A stretch of DNA of 64,000 nt from a virus. Position numbers and translations under genes: made by a program. Below are positions 27,444 to 38,543 of the stretch, piece by piece. The notes beneath the pieces are model-generated. The model was given only the letters and a program-made list of their open reading frames with translations, was not told where the DNA came from and searched no databases. How positions within the stretch are numbered: the first letter of the stretch is position 1; every line of letters begins with the position of its first letter. The stretch is from the IMG/VR virus record IMGVR_UViG_3300009776_000830; one strand, given 5' to 3'.

Positions 27444-29123
27444 ATGCATTCAGAGATAAGATTTATATTCGACACAACCATAACTAGTTCTAATGGATTG
27501 ATGAATAATAGTGATAAAGGAAGTATTTATGGACGAGCTTTAAAAATTAGAAAAAGAAAGCAATTTCCAAATAATAAAGATGTCAATCCACCACCTCAAA
27601 CAGATAGCGCAAATGATGGTAAAGGGGCTCCGCCAACAAATACAGAGCAAAAAGTAGAAACTTATAGTGATAGATTATCAGGAATATATGAGGAAAAAAC
27701 TGATGCTTATTTACTTTACAAAACCAATGATTCAGCTTTTGCTGGAAATATTCCAAATTATTTAAAAACAAATAATTATAGAGAGGACACGGATGAAGAT
27801 CCTTATATAGCTTTGATTAGAAATTTTGGTGTTCATAAGCCTCTTCTTCTAAGAGCTGCAGATTTTGCTTATTTAAGGGATTTAGGAGTTTATCCAATTA
27901 ATAGGTTATGGATACTTAGAAGATTTCCAGAGAATGTAGTCGTTCCAAATAATTTGATCTCTTGGTCTAATAAGAATGGCGTAGAAGCCATATCAACTGT
28001 TGTTGGGTGGATAAAACCAAAAGAAGATTCAGAAATGTTTAATCTGTCATTTAATGAAAACTGGATTGATCAATCAGATTGGATAGATAAAGTTTTTTCA
28101 ACAATATTACAAAACGAGTTTGGTATGACACAAAAAGCATTCGTTCCAGTGCCCGGTTGGAGTCAAGGTATATTATTTGGTATATTAAAAGCAATGGGGT
28201 TAACATCTGATTTCGATGCCTACAATCCACCAACTGGGGATCCAAATGTTCTAAGACAGGCAAAAATGAGGGATATTACTAGGCAAGGGTTGGAAACAGA
28301 TTTGAGTATGACGTTAGAAACATCTTATGAGCAAAAATATATTAACGGAATAGATCCAGGTATGGCGATGATGGATATACTGACAAATTTATTTAAGATG
28401 GGCACATCCGATCAAAAATTCTTACTTGGTAATAGTCCAGCTTTACAAAATTTATTGTCTGGTATAAATAATCCAAATTGCCAAGCTTGGTTGGAATTAG
28501 GTAAGGAATTGTTGAGAACTTTTATTCAAGGTCTTCAAGATTTTTTAAAACAATTAGGAGATTCAAATAAAGTGAGTGTGGACACTAGTTCTTTGACATC
28601 TCAAGCCAAGGATGAGGAAGGTAAAATAACAGGTCCTATAACAGGAGTTGATACTAGCGTCATTCAAAATGCTATTGGAAATATAGCTGAGATCTTATTG
28701 GCGGGCACAATATCCAAATATCGTTGGCTTATAAGAGGATCAATTGGAGCTATGACAGGAATGAATACAACACCATGGCACTTGACAGTCGGAAATCCAT
28801 ATTCACCGATATTAAACATGGGAAATATTTTAGTTAAAAGAGTGACGATATCGCCTAGCAATGAACTTGGGTTTAATGATATGCCAATGAATATAAATGT
28901 TTCTATATCAGTTGAACTCGGAAGACCACTTGGAAAAACTGAGCTAGAAAGAATGTTTAACAATGGTTATGCTAGGGTTTATGCCAGCTCTTCTCCGACT
29001 GTTCCTTTACCAAGTACAGTAACTGGAAATGGGGTACCAGCTAGCACAAATGTAAGTGAGGCAGAAAGAGTTTTACCAACTTTACCAGGTACAATGGGCA
29101 ACTTGATAAATAATAAACCATGA
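27444..29123 (+). CDS. Putative baseplate/tail-associated structural protein
   Basis: First gene of the run leading to gp53-like and gp5-like genes; WHLTVGNPYSP..V.I.PSNELGFNDMP motif. Confidence 0.5.
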   Translation: MHSEIRFIFDTTITSSNGLMNNSDKGSIYGRALKIRKRKQFPNNKDVNPPPQTDSANDGKGAPPTNTEQKVETYSDRLSGIYEEKTDAYLLYKTNDSAFAGNIPNYLKTNNYREDTDEDPYIALIRNFGVHKPLLLRAADFAYLRDLGVYPINRLWILRRFPENVVVPNNLISWSNKNGVEAISTVVGWIKPKEDSEMFNLSFNENWIDQSDWIDKVFSTILQNEFGMTQKAFVPVPGWSQGILFGILKAMGLTSDFDAYNPPTGDPNVLRQAKMRDITRQGLETDLSMTLETSYEQKYINGIDPGMAMMDILTNLFKMGTSDQKFLLGNSPALQNLLSGINNPNCQAWLELGKELLRTFIQGLQDFLKQLGDSNKVSVDTSSLTSQAKDEEGKITGPITGVDTSVIQNAIGNIAEILLAGTISKYRWLIRGSIGAMTGMNTTPWHLTVGNPYSPILNMGNILVKRVTISPSNELGFNDMPMNINVSISVELGRPLGKTELERMFNNGYARVYASSSPTVPLPSTVTGNGVPASTNVSEAERVLPTLPGTMGNLINNKP

Positions 29124-29157
29124 TTAAATGGGTAAATAAAAAATAGAAAAAAGTTAT

Positions 29158-29628
29158 ATGAGTTATTTATATACAATAGAAAACCAAATTCGTAAAAGCA
29201 ATCAAAATTATTTACTGGATCTTTTAACTCCAATAGTAAATATAAGCGACGAGCTTTATTATTATCCATATCTGGTGTCAGAAGCCGAAGAAATGAGAAT
29301 AGATTTAATATGCCTAAATATATATGGACACACTGGATATATTGATGAAATTTTAACTCTAAATAACATTATAAATCCTTGGTCAATAAAAAGTGGAAGC
29401 ATTATCTATTATGTTGATGAGGAGCAAATATTATTGATGCAGACTAAACCAAAAGCCGACGAGCAAACAATACTGAACAATTTGGTTAACCCAAATAAAG
29501 ATACCAAAAAAGATCCAAATCGTCAAACTGGTGAAAATTTAACTCCAACAATAAAACCAGCTGGCTTAAAGGATGTTGAAATAAATTATGATAAAAAAAC
29601 TGTAAAAATTATTGATAAACTGAAATGA
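29158..29628 (+). CDS. Baseplate wedge protein, T4 gp53/LysM-like
   Basis: EMRIDLICLNIYG..EILTLNNIINPWSIKSGSIIY. Confidence 0.7.
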   Translation: MSYLYTIENQIRKSNQNYLLDLLTPIVNISDELYYYPYLVSEAEEMRIDLICLNIYGHTGYIDEILTLNNIINPWSIKSGSIIYYVDEEQILLMQTKPKADEQTILNNLVNPNKDTKKDPNRQTGENLTPTIKPAGLKDVEINYDKKTVKIIDKLK

Positions 29629-31076
29629 TAGAAGTAATAGACAGACCAAATAAAAAGTTAAAAGAACTAGTATTTGAATACAAAGAAACTGTAAGTGATG
29701 AGTCTATAGACAATTATGCATCAACAATTGGAAAATTTCCATATGTTGTTATAAATGGTGTGACTGTTGAAAGTACGGATATAAATTATTTAAAATTATA
29801 TAATAACGCATTTTTACCTGAGATAGAAATATCATTCAGAGATCCAACGAACAAACTACATGATTCAAACTATCCACTGGATCAGCAAATTGTCTCAATA
29901 TTGATATCAGCAACATCAGATTTATTGATGCCAATAAGAATGGATTTTTATATTACGGTTTTTAATTCCGTAAAAGGAAAGTCCGATGCCGAATCAAATT
30001 TATACTTATTGAGAGGAATTCTGGATGTCAAAAAAATTATCAAAAATTATAGTATAAATGGAACGAGTTATGAAGCTTTAAAGAAAATTTCTAATATATT
30101 GGATCTAGGATTTGCTTCGAATATCAGTGACACGAACGATTCAATGAATTGGTTGAACACTGGAGTTGATTTCGCTACAGATTATATAAAAGATATAGTG
30201 AAGCATTCATATATGAGTGATAATACTTTTTTGTGGGCATATGTTGATTTTTATTATAATTTAAATTATGTGGATATTGAAACCCAAATGAAAGAAGACA
30301 TAAGTAATATTCAAACTGTTGTGAACTCGGAAACAGTAACTGGTGAACAGACAACTATTCCACTCATTTTATCAAATCATCCTGACAAAAGCTCAACAAA
30401 CTTATTTATAGATAAATATAATTTATTGAACGAATCATTCAATGTCAATTTAAAACAAGGATACAATCCGCTTTTGATATATTATGATACCAGTAATAAA
30501 AAAATTCTAAATTATCATATTGATCCAACTTCGACAAAAGGAGATAAAGGGAATCAGATAGTTATGAAAGGACAACCGAGTGATAATAATTATTTAAAGG
30601 AACAGGAAAAGAATTATTATGTCGGTAAAATTGATACGGATAATATGCATGCTAATTACATATATGCTGAGATGCTCAACGAGCACAATTTGAATTTTTT
30701 ACAGAAAATAAGAATGAGTATAATTTTAAAAAATCCAAATTATCAATTGTATCGATTTCAAAAAGTAAGAATTGAGATATATAAATTAACTGAACTGGAT
30801 CCAAAAATAGTTATAGTAACAAAATCTGATTTATTGAACAGCGCCAATATTGATAAATATAAATTAAATGAAAGACTAAGTGGAGAATGGCTGATAACGG
30901 GTATAAATTTTACTTTCAAAAGAGGAAACCAAAGAAATATGGTTCAAGAAGTAACTGTTGTTAAACGTGAATTGACAGCCACGGAAGGTTTAGTAGAGGG
31001 AGACAATGCTGAAATGAATTCAAATAAAACAGCATCTACAGTGAATGATATAAAAAATATTTTGATGAAAAAATAA
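29625..31076 (+). CDS. Putative baseplate hub protein (gp27-like)
   Basis: Position between gp53-like and gp5-like genes; C-terminal LSGEWLITGINFTF..QEVTVVKRE typical of hub/tail proteins. Confidence 0.55.
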   Translation: MIEVIDRPNKKLKELVFEYKETVSDESIDNYASTIGKFPYVVINGVTVESTDINYLKLYNNAFLPEIEISFRDPTNKLHDSNYPLDQQIVSILISATSDLLMPIRMDFYITVFNSVKGKSDAESNLYLLRGILDVKKIIKNYSINGTSYEALKKISNILDLGFASNISDTNDSMNWLNTGVDFATDYIKDIVKHSYMSDNTFLWAYVDFYYNLNYVDIETQMKEDISNIQTVVNSETVTGEQTTIPLILSNHPDKSSTNLFIDKYNLLNESFNVNLKQGYNPLLIYYDTSNKKILNYHIDPTSTKGDKGNQIVMKGQPSDNNYLKEQEKNYYVGKIDTDNMHANYIYAEMLNEHNLNFLQKIRMSIILKNPNYQLYRFQKVRIEIYKLTELDPKIVIVTKSDLLNSANIDKYKLNERLSGEWLITGINFTFKRGNQRNMVQEVTVVKRELTATEGLVEGDNAEMNSNKTASTVNDIKNILMKK

Positions 31077-31094
31077 TAAAATATATAAAAAATA

Positions 31095-34000
31095 ATGAGT
31101 AATGATCAACCAAACATATTAGAACAGAAAGCGTATCTACCTGGCTATGAAGGATATTTAGTGGATCCAATCACAAAGAATACTTCAACAAAAGATATAA
31201 TATCGGAGTCTTTTCCTAGGGTTCAGACCGTTTTGGATAAGGATTCTTATGATTTTAAATATGGCTTGGAAGATTATGGTTATTATAGTGAAGATTTTTT
31301 CTATCAAGATCCGCTTTTTCTCAGTTTTGATATAGTTTTAGATACTTATCAGTCTCCTCTATTTGGAATGGAAAATTCTTTATCTAGTTTTCTAGATAAG
31401 TATGGTGAGATACCATCAATAAAAAATAGAGTAGATATTTATAATGAATTTTACGATATTGTTAAAAGACTTTTTAATGTTGGAAATTATTCAATTGATA
31501 AGAATAAATCATATTATATTGCCTCTATAACCGGTTTGGATAAAATAACGGCTAAAATGGTTGATTATCAGAAAGATAAAATAACCATAACTTTAAGTGA
31601 AGATGTTTCTATGGTCTCTTCTTATATGGCACTTTTATATAACAATCTGTCATATTCTTATAAAGATCAAAAATATATTATACCATATAATCTATTGAGA
31701 TTCAATATGTATATAAGGGTATCGGATCTAAGAAATATGCCAGTAATAAAAGAAAAAGATGGGACAACAACAAAAAACTATGATAAATCATCTATTGTAT
31801 ATTATTTAAGGGATTGTAATTTTAATTTTTTTGATTCAAAACCATTTGAGGCTGATCTATCAGCTGGTGGATGGGGAGCTTCGCCTTCATACAATCCATC
31901 TTCTATAAAGTTTGATGTTTATTATAAATCCATAGATGTTGAAATATATAATCCTTTATTAAATAAATCATTACAAAATAAAGGAAATTTGAATAACAAG
32001 GCAACTTCTTTGATATTGGATCCAGATAAAGGAGATCTTCATAGCGTTTTTTCCAATAGTTTGAAAAATGCTGGCAGCGAAGACAATGATAAATTGAAGA
32101 AAATGATCAATTCTCAAAATAAAGTTAGTGGTGATGATATAGATGATCCTATTAAAAAAAGACAATCAAATATAGATGAAACATTATCATCGGCTAGCTC
32201 ATCTTTAAAAGGTATAATTGATGGTGAAATAGGAACATATTATAATAGAAGAACTGGCGAAATGCTAGATTTTGAATCATTCACTGAGGCTATGAAGGAC
32301 ACAATAAACAATGAGGTGGAATTATATAACGTACTAAGAGAACAAAATTTATCTGATTTTCAAAGCTCGACATCGACTATGTTTGATACTATATCCGATC
32401 AAGTAGAAAGAAGTGATCAGTTAAGAGAAAAAACATTGAATGATATAGCCATCGGTAATTCTTATATGTTACCAGATCTGTACCAGGATTTCTTGAAAAA
32501 CTTTTTACAAGATAGATTTATGGAATTAACAGGTCTTCCAAAAATAACGTTGATGGATCCATATGGTAATTTGATAAATCAAGCCGAGCTCGATGCTCGT
32601 AGAAATGAACGAGCTTATTACGCTTTAAATGGTGTGTCTGTTATAAATAATAACAATTTGACAAGAAACGGGAGTGGAACAACCACACAAGATATGAATT
32701 GGAAAATAGATGTTTCATATAAATTAAAACCGCAGGAAAACTTGGGTAGCGTTCCTTTTGAACAACCAACAATAAATCCTGTCGTTTTAGGTAGTGTTCC
32801 TTTTGAAGAGCCAATAATAAATCCAGTTGTGCTTGGAAAGTTAAATCTGACACCACCAATTGAAGAGCCAGTGAATCTTGGTGAAATATATTTAGAACCA
32901 TTCATAATAAAACCACCTGAACTTGGTAGTGTTTCACAATTCACAAAACCGATTCAACCCATTGTAAAATTGGATTTGATGCCCGACTCTCCGACAATAG
33001 CTCCTCAACCAATGGGATCAATCGACACATCATTTACACCAAAACCAGTAGAAGAACTTGGCGATTTGATGCCAGATGTCGAAGCTCGACCCGAGCCCGA
33101 TCTAGGGAAAGTTAATACGACTCCAAGGCCAATAAGTCAAGAAGAACTTGGTAATATAGCTTTAAATCCACCGGCTGAAGGGGAAGTAGATCTAGGAGTT
33201 TTGCCAATAAATGTAAAAGAAAAAGAAGAGCTTGATTTCGGCGTTATAGATCAAACAGTTAAAGAAAGGGAAGAAACATCATTGGGTAATATTGATACAA
33301 CACCAAGAACAATAGAAGAAGTTATTCTTGGAGATTTATATTCAAATGATGTCGAGCCTCGTGAAGTCGATCTTGGTTATTTGTATAGAGGATTAACTGA
33401 AAAAAATATATTGGAAATAATCTATTTGTATACACGAGATGATAGTTTTAAATTATTGGATAATGTAAAATTATATGATAATTCTGTTTCAGTAAAAGAA
33501 ATATTAAATGAAGATAAGATAGATTTATCCACAAGAGAAAAAAGTCCTTTTGAACTCGTATATTCTTATGATAATAAAGTAGATATAAAAAAGACTATTG
33601 AAAATGCTGTTCTATATAATAATGAAATAAACAAGATAAATAATTTGGAATTAGAAAAAATTATTTCTGAGATAAAAGAAAAGAAATTAATGGAAACAGT
33701 AAAACTTTATTCTCCAGATGATACAACGGCTAAAAGATTGGATGAAAATGAATTATTATATGAACCAGTGGATAAACAACCCGTTGGAAATTTGGGCGTA
33801 ATTGAGCAAGAAGTTATAAAATCCGAGGAGAAAGAAACGCTCGGAAAATTATATTACAATGACGTTAATAAAAAATTGTTAGAATTAGAATATCTATATA
33901 GTAATGAAGTAGATAAGAAATCTATTGAATTGGGTAAATTATATGATAATACTGAAGCTTTCGTCAAGAATTTGGATGACGGCAAACGAGTATATGATCC

Positions 34001-35429
34001 GCAATCAGCCAGAGCGATATATGAAGCAGAATATGATATAAAATATAAACATCAAGATATAGATATCTTTAAGATAGAAAAAGAAGATCAAGCTAAGTTT
34101 AGAAAAACATACTTATATGAAGAAATTGGTGAAACGAACCACGATATAGAAAAAGAATACATTGATACTGAAACGAATAAGAAACATCAAGAAGGAATAT
34201 TTGATGGAGAAAGATTGTATGATAACGAAATAAAAATAGAAAAAGAAAAGGAAACTTTGAGAATTGATACGGATTTCGATAAGAAAAGAGATAAAATTGA
34301 GGATATCAATATAATAAGTGAAAATAAAGGATATATTCAAGGGATGGATAAATATAAAGTTGTTGAAGATGAAGATATTCATAAAGAGATATTAACAAGA
34401 ACTAATATTTATGATGAATCTGAATTGTCAAGAAAAAGAAAAGATATGCCTGTTGATAAATTATATGATAATGATGAAATAAAATATGAAGTTGAGAAAG
34501 AAACTATAAGAATTGATCAATCGAGCAAAGAAAAGAATATTTATGATAAGCTCGACTCCAATGATATTATACAAACGAAAGAAATAAAACATAAGGAAAT
34601 AGAAGAAGATTATATATATGATAAGGAAGAATGGATAGAAAAGAATTTCTTGACAAAATATGATAGAATAGAAGGTGTGCCGCGAGAAATTGAATCATTG
34701 GATGAGAGAAAATTATATGACAATGACGAGGTTTATATGGCAAAAGAATTATATGATGATAAAATAGATTTTGAAATCAAGAAACAAGTTGAATTCGAAC
34801 AACATAGTCTTTATGATAATGATATAACAGAAGATAAAACATTAGAAAACAAACATATAGAAATGGAAATTAGGGACACTGGTAAATTGTATAAAACTTA
34901 TTTATATAATAATGAAGCAGAAAAAACAAATGAATTAAAAGAGCAAGTTATCGATAAAGAAATCTTTGATAGAAAGACTTTGAATAATGATAAAATTTAT
35001 ATGGAAAGTGAAGCGACTGGTCCTAAACAGATTCTAAATGGAGATGAGATTTATATGGAAAATGAAGCGACTGGTCCTAAACAGATTCTAAATGGAGATG
35101 AGATTTATATGGAAAGCGAAGCCACTGGACCTAGATTAACTCTAAATGGAGATGAGATTTATATGGAAAGTGAAGCCACTGGACCTAAACAGATTCTAAA
35201 TGGCGATGAGATCTATATGGAAAGTGAAACTACTGGACCAAGATTGACACTCAATGGCGATGAAATTTATACAGATGATGAAAAATCCAATAATACTTTA
35301 AATGGAGATAGAATTGATGATTCTGGAAACAAAATAAAGAACGAATCTTTAAATGGTGATAGAATAGACACTGAAACTAAAGAAAATACAAATAATATAG
35401 AGGATACAAAGAATGAAAGACTTGGATAA
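31095..35429 (+). CDS. Large structural protein with about 900 aa of degenerate 16-18-aa repeats
   Basis: Globular N-terminal ~500 aa, then LG-periodic, LYDN-periodic and LNGDE-periodic repeats. Confidence 0.6.
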   Translation: MSNDQPNILEQKAYLPGYEGYLVDPITKNTSTKDIISESFPRVQTVLDKDSYDFKYGLEDYGYYSEDFFYQDPLFLSFDIVLDTYQSPLFGMENSLSSFLDKYGEIPSIKNRVDIYNEFYDIVKRLFNVGNYSIDKNKSYYIASITGLDKITAKMVDYQKDKITITLSEDVSMVSSYMALLYNNLSYSYKDQKYIIPYNLLRFNMYIRVSDLRNMPVIKEKDGTTTKNYDKSSIVYYLRDCNFNFFDSKPFEADLSAGGWGASPSYNPSSIKFDVYYKSIDVEIYNPLLNKSLQNKGNLNNKATSLILDPDKGDLHSVFSNSLKNAGSEDNDKLKKMINSQNKVSGDDIDDPIKKRQSNIDETLSSASSSLKGIIDGEIGTYYNRRTGEMLDFESFTEAMKDTINNEVELYNVLREQNLSDFQSSTSTMFDTISDQVERSDQLREKTLNDIAIGNSYMLPDLYQDFLKNFLQDRFMELTGLPKITLMDPYGNLINQAELDARRNERAYYALNGVSVINNNNLTRNGSGTTTQDMNWKIDVSYKLKPQENLGSVPFEQPTINPVVLGSVPFEEPIINPVVLGKLNLTPPIEEPVNLGEIYLEPFIIKPPELGSVSQFTKPIQPIVKLDLMPDSPTIAPQPMGSIDTSFTPKPVEELGDLMPDVEARPEPDLGKVNTTPRPISQEELGNIALNPPAEGEVDLGVLPINVKEKEELDFGVIDQTVKEREETSLGNIDTTPRTIEEVILGDLYSNDVEPREVDLGYLYRGLTEKNILEIIYLYTRDDSFKLLDNVKLYDNSVSVKEILNEDKIDLSTREKSPFELVYSYDNKVDIKKTIENAVLYNNEINKINNLELEKIISEIKEKKLMETVKLYSPDDTTAKRLDENELLYEPVDKQPVGNLGVIEQEVIKSEEKETLGKLYYNDVNKKLLELEYLYSNEVDKKSIELGKLYDNTEAFVKNLDDGKRVYDPQSARAIYEAEYDIKYKHQDIDIFKIEKEDQAKFRKTYLYEEIGETNHDIEKEYIDTETNKKHQEGIFDGERLYDNEIKIEKEKETLRIDTDFDKKRDKIEDINIISENKGYIQGMDKYKVVEDEDIHKEILTRTNIYDESELSRKRKDMPVDKLYDNDEIKYEVEKETIRIDQSSKEKNIYDKLDSNDIIQTKEIKHKEIEEDYIYDKEEWIEKNFLTKYDRIEGVPREIESLDERKLYDNDEVYMAKELYDDKIDFEIKKQVEFEQHSLYDNDITEDKTLENKHIEMEIRDTGKLYKTYLYNNEAEKTNELKEQVIDKEIFDRKTLNNDKIYMESEATGPKQILNGDEIYMENEATGPKQILNGDEIYMESEATGPRLTLNGDEIYMESEATGPKQILNGDEIYMESETTGPRLTLNGDEIYTDDEKSNNTLNGDRIDDSGNKIKNESLNGDRIDTETKENTNNIEDTKNERLG
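34995..35264 (+). repeat. 54-nt tandem repeat x5 (IYMESEATGPKQILNGDE)
   Basis: ATTTATATGGAA-type starts at 34995, 35049, 35103, 35157, 35211. Confidence 0.92.
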
Positions 35430-37293
35430 ACTATGGGTCGGTTTGGTCGAAGATAACAAAGATCCAAAAAAATTAGGAAGAGTTAGAGTAAGAGTTCAGG
35501 GGCTTTTTGGTGACATAGAAACCGAAGATATACCTTGGTCTTCTCCTATAAAATCGTTGAGTGCTCGTAGTTTTGAAGTACCAGCAATTGGTAAAATTGT
35601 TTCGGTTATATTTCCAAATGATTTATTATATGAATCTTATTATATGTTTGCTGATCATTATAATGTGAATCTAGCTAAAAAAGTCAGTGAATTAGAAGGA
35701 GATGAATATGCTAACTTTGTGGCTCTGGTTTTTGATCATAAAACGAAGATATTTTCAGATGACACCAATTTAACCGTTGATTATAAATATAATAGAATGA
35801 CTATTGACAATGATAATATTAATATGGAGCTGAAGGATAATAGTAAAAAATTGAATCTTGGAACTCAAAAGGCTGATCAACAAGCTGTTCTCGGCAATCA
35901 TTGGTTCGACTGGATGGATAAATTTATAAATGCTTTATTAAAACCAACGGCTCTAATAGGCAATGCTGGCGCCCCAATCTTGAAGCCTGATTTAGATAGA
36001 TTAATGGTTGAATATCAAACAATTAGAGAGACATTTGTTTCTAAAAATGTTTATATTGTTGATAATAATAAGGTTGATAAAATAGAAATGAAATATAATA
36101 GCCCAATTATGGATGATGGATTGAAATTAAATGAATCATCTATAGTGAAAGATAGTCCGATGGGAGAAAAATTATCAGATGCTATTAAAGAACAGAAAGA
36201 TAAAGAATTAGAGAAAGTTAAAAATGCTATGCCAACAGAAGCATTTGAAGAAGATTTAGTAGAAAGAAGACCCAATGGATTAGATGAGCAGAATAAAACA
36301 GATGATGATATAGTATTTAATACGATATATAAAGAAGTGTCTAATGGTGAAGAAAAGGAAATTACAAAAGAAAGATATGATGACATAAAAAAGACAGAGT
36401 CCCAAAAAACAAATATAGATTCTTATGAAGAGGTTTACGAGCAAAGTGATGCGGACGAAATAGCTTTCGGATTTTCTTTAAGTGCTGCGACCTGGATGAA
36501 TGAAGATGATATACCTTATTATGATCTGGAGCAAAGCGACACAGATAATATAGCAATGGATTACGATCCAAATAGAGCATATATTTATACAGCTTCGGAC
36601 GGTAGTAAATATACTGATGCTGGAACAGAATTTAAAACAACTACTGGTAGTTTTAATAGTGATCAATATAAAAAATACTATCTAGGAGGCGGATTAAAAG
36701 AAGATGATTATAGAAGGGCCGCCAACAGGCTTGGTGTTGATGTCGCTACAATAAAGGCTGTGACTTATGTTGAAAGTAGTGGGTCTGGATTTAGAAAAAG
36801 TGATAATAAACCAAAAATTCTTTATGAATCACATATTTTCGGAAAATTAACTGGTTATAAATATAATAAAGTGGCACCATCAGTTTCGACGACAACTTGG
36901 GATCAAGGTAGAGTATATTATAGTTTAGATCAATATAATAGATTAAACCTGGCTAGCAATTATGACAAAAATAATGCTCAAAAATCAGCATCTTGGGGAA
37001 TGTTCCAAATTCTTGGATTGAATCACGTTCAATGTGGATATAATGGTGTAGATGAATATGTTAAATCTAATTATGTGAGTGCCGGTAAACATCTTGATAA
37101 CTTTGTAACATTTTTATTAAAAAGTAAATATACAACAGAAAGAGGCAAAAAAATGGGATTTACTTCAACGATGCTAGGAGCTTTGCAAGATAAAAAATGG
37201 GATAATTTCGCTTTCTACTATAATGGACCAGGATATAAGAAAAATAATTATGATACAAAATTAAGAGACGCTTATTATGGTTTTAGAAAATAA
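35413..37293 (+). CDS. Baseplate central spike (gp5 OB-fold) fused to a C-terminal N-acetylmuramidase (DUF3380-like)
   Basis: WVGLVEDNKDPKKLGRVRVRV at the N-terminus; IKAVTYVESSG, ILYESHIF, SASWGMFQILG, YNGPGYKKNNYDTKL at the C-terminus. Confidence 0.85.
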   Translation: MKDLDKLWVGLVEDNKDPKKLGRVRVRVQGLFGDIETEDIPWSSPIKSLSARSFEVPAIGKIVSVIFPNDLLYESYYMFADHYNVNLAKKVSELEGDEYANFVALVFDHKTKIFSDDTNLTVDYKYNRMTIDNDNINMELKDNSKKLNLGTQKADQQAVLGNHWFDWMDKFINALLKPTALIGNAGAPILKPDLDRLMVEYQTIRETFVSKNVYIVDNNKVDKIEMKYNSPIMDDGLKLNESSIVKDSPMGEKLSDAIKEQKDKELEKVKNAMPTEAFEEDLVERRPNGLDEQNKTDDDIVFNTIYKEVSNGEEKEITKERYDDIKKTESQKTNIDSYEEVYEQSDADEIAFGFSLSAATWMNEDDIPYYDLEQSDTDNIAMDYDPNRAYIYTASDGSKYTDAGTEFKTTTGSFNSDQYKKYYLGGGLKEDDYRRAANRLGVDVATIKAVTYVESSGSGFRKSDNKPKILYESHIFGKLTGYKYNKVAPSVSTTTWDQGRVYYSLDQYNRLNLASNYDKNNAQKSASWGMFQILGLNHVQCGYNGVDEYVKSNYVSAGKHLDNFVTFLLKSKYTTERGKKMGFTSTMLGALQDKKWDNFAFYYNGPGYKKNNYDTKLRDAYYGFRK

Positions 37294-37305
37294 ATCACTT
37301 GAAAT

Positions 37306-38496
37306 ATGGCTAAAAAAACAGAAGGAATATTAAAAAATATAGAAAAAATTGAAGCATCTGTTTCAGATATAGGTGAAAAAATAAACAGCATCAGCGGTCT
37401 GAGTATACCAAAAATATCTTTTCAAGATTTTTCAAAGGGGACATCTATTGCTTCTGGTGTTTTTCGTTTTAAAACCCCTAGACAAATAGCGAAGAAAATG
37501 ATTACTATGGGGGGAAACATAGGAGGAACATCCATAACTGATAAAATTAAAGATTTTAATAATCAAGTGATAGCTGGGGCAGATATGGGAGCAACAGCCA
37601 GCCAGACTTTGATGGCATTAAACGAACAACTTATTGCTGAGCAAGATACAGAAATGACAGCGCATTGGATAGTATATGGTAAATTTTTATATGATGACAA
37701 TGGTAAATTGGTTGATAATGAAATTTTATTTCCAGAATGTGTTGGTCCGGATCAAAATGAAGATCCTAGAATAAATTTTATGACAAATGATTTTCCAATA
37801 ATGGATCAAGTGAAACAAATGAAAGACGAGCTCGTTCGCTCGGTAAAACAACTTCGTATAAAAGTCGGTGAAATTGCCGCAGTTTCAAAAGATATACCAG
37901 CACAATTGATATTAGCGATAACATCATTGGCTTCAGCTGTTGTCATATTCCCATTTGGATCTGGTGTTCCACCAGCTGTAACGGCAGTTAAAAATCTTTT
38001 ATCTAGTATACAATCTTTACAAACAAGAGTATCTCAATTATTAAATCTTTTAAAACCATTAGCTTATTTGGAATATTTGTTAGATGATGATGACGCTGAA
38101 AAAGCAATAGCTGTTGTAGATAAAATAATGAAAATAATATTTGTTCCAATAAAAGCTATAGAAATAATGATAGACACAATGGTTACGCCAGTTATGAGCA
38201 TCATACCAAAAATACCTGGTGTTGATACGGAAGCCGAGCCAATTGAAGCCGAAGATATTGTTGTTAAGCCATCTGATAAAATCGAACCAGGCACAGAGAT
38301 AACATTAGACATAAATCCTTCTAAAGGATCTTGGCAATATAATTATTTATGGGTGTCTTCGCCATCTGGTTTCAAATCAACCGATAAGAAAGTAAAAGTG
38401 ATTCCACCATATACTATGAAATATTATTGTCGAGTGACCGATAAGGCCGATGCTAATAATTATATTATGAAATCTGTTAAAGTGAAAGTTGGATAA
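37306..38496 (+). CDS. Putative structural protein with hydrophobic helices and a C-terminal Ig-like domain
   Basis: ORF following gp5; YNYLW..YYCRVTD Ig-like end. Confidence 0.5.
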   Translation: MAKKTEGILKNIEKIEASVSDIGEKINSISGLSIPKISFQDFSKGTSIASGVFRFKTPRQIAKKMITMGGNIGGTSITDKIKDFNNQVIAGADMGATASQTLMALNEQLIAEQDTEMTAHWIVYGKFLYDDNGKLVDNEILFPECVGPDQNEDPRINFMTNDFPIMDQVKQMKDELVRSVKQLRIKVGEIAAVSKDIPAQLILAITSLASAVVIFPFGSGVPPAVTAVKNLLSSIQSLQTRVSQLLNLLKPLAYLEYLLDDDDAEKAIAVVDKIMKIIFVPIKAIEIMIDTMVTPVMSIIPKIPGVDTEAEPIEAEDIVVKPSDKIEPGTEITLDINPSKGSWQYNYLWVSSPSGFKSTDKKVKVIPPYTMKYYCRVTDKADANNYIMKSVKVKVG

Positions 38497-38543
38497 AAAA
38501 AATGAATTTTTTATTTAATATATAATAAAAAAAATTATTCCAT

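Noticed and set aside
34995-35264. CRISPR-like array
   Set aside because: Repeats are contiguous 54-nt in-frame coding units with no unique spacers; no cas genes seen.
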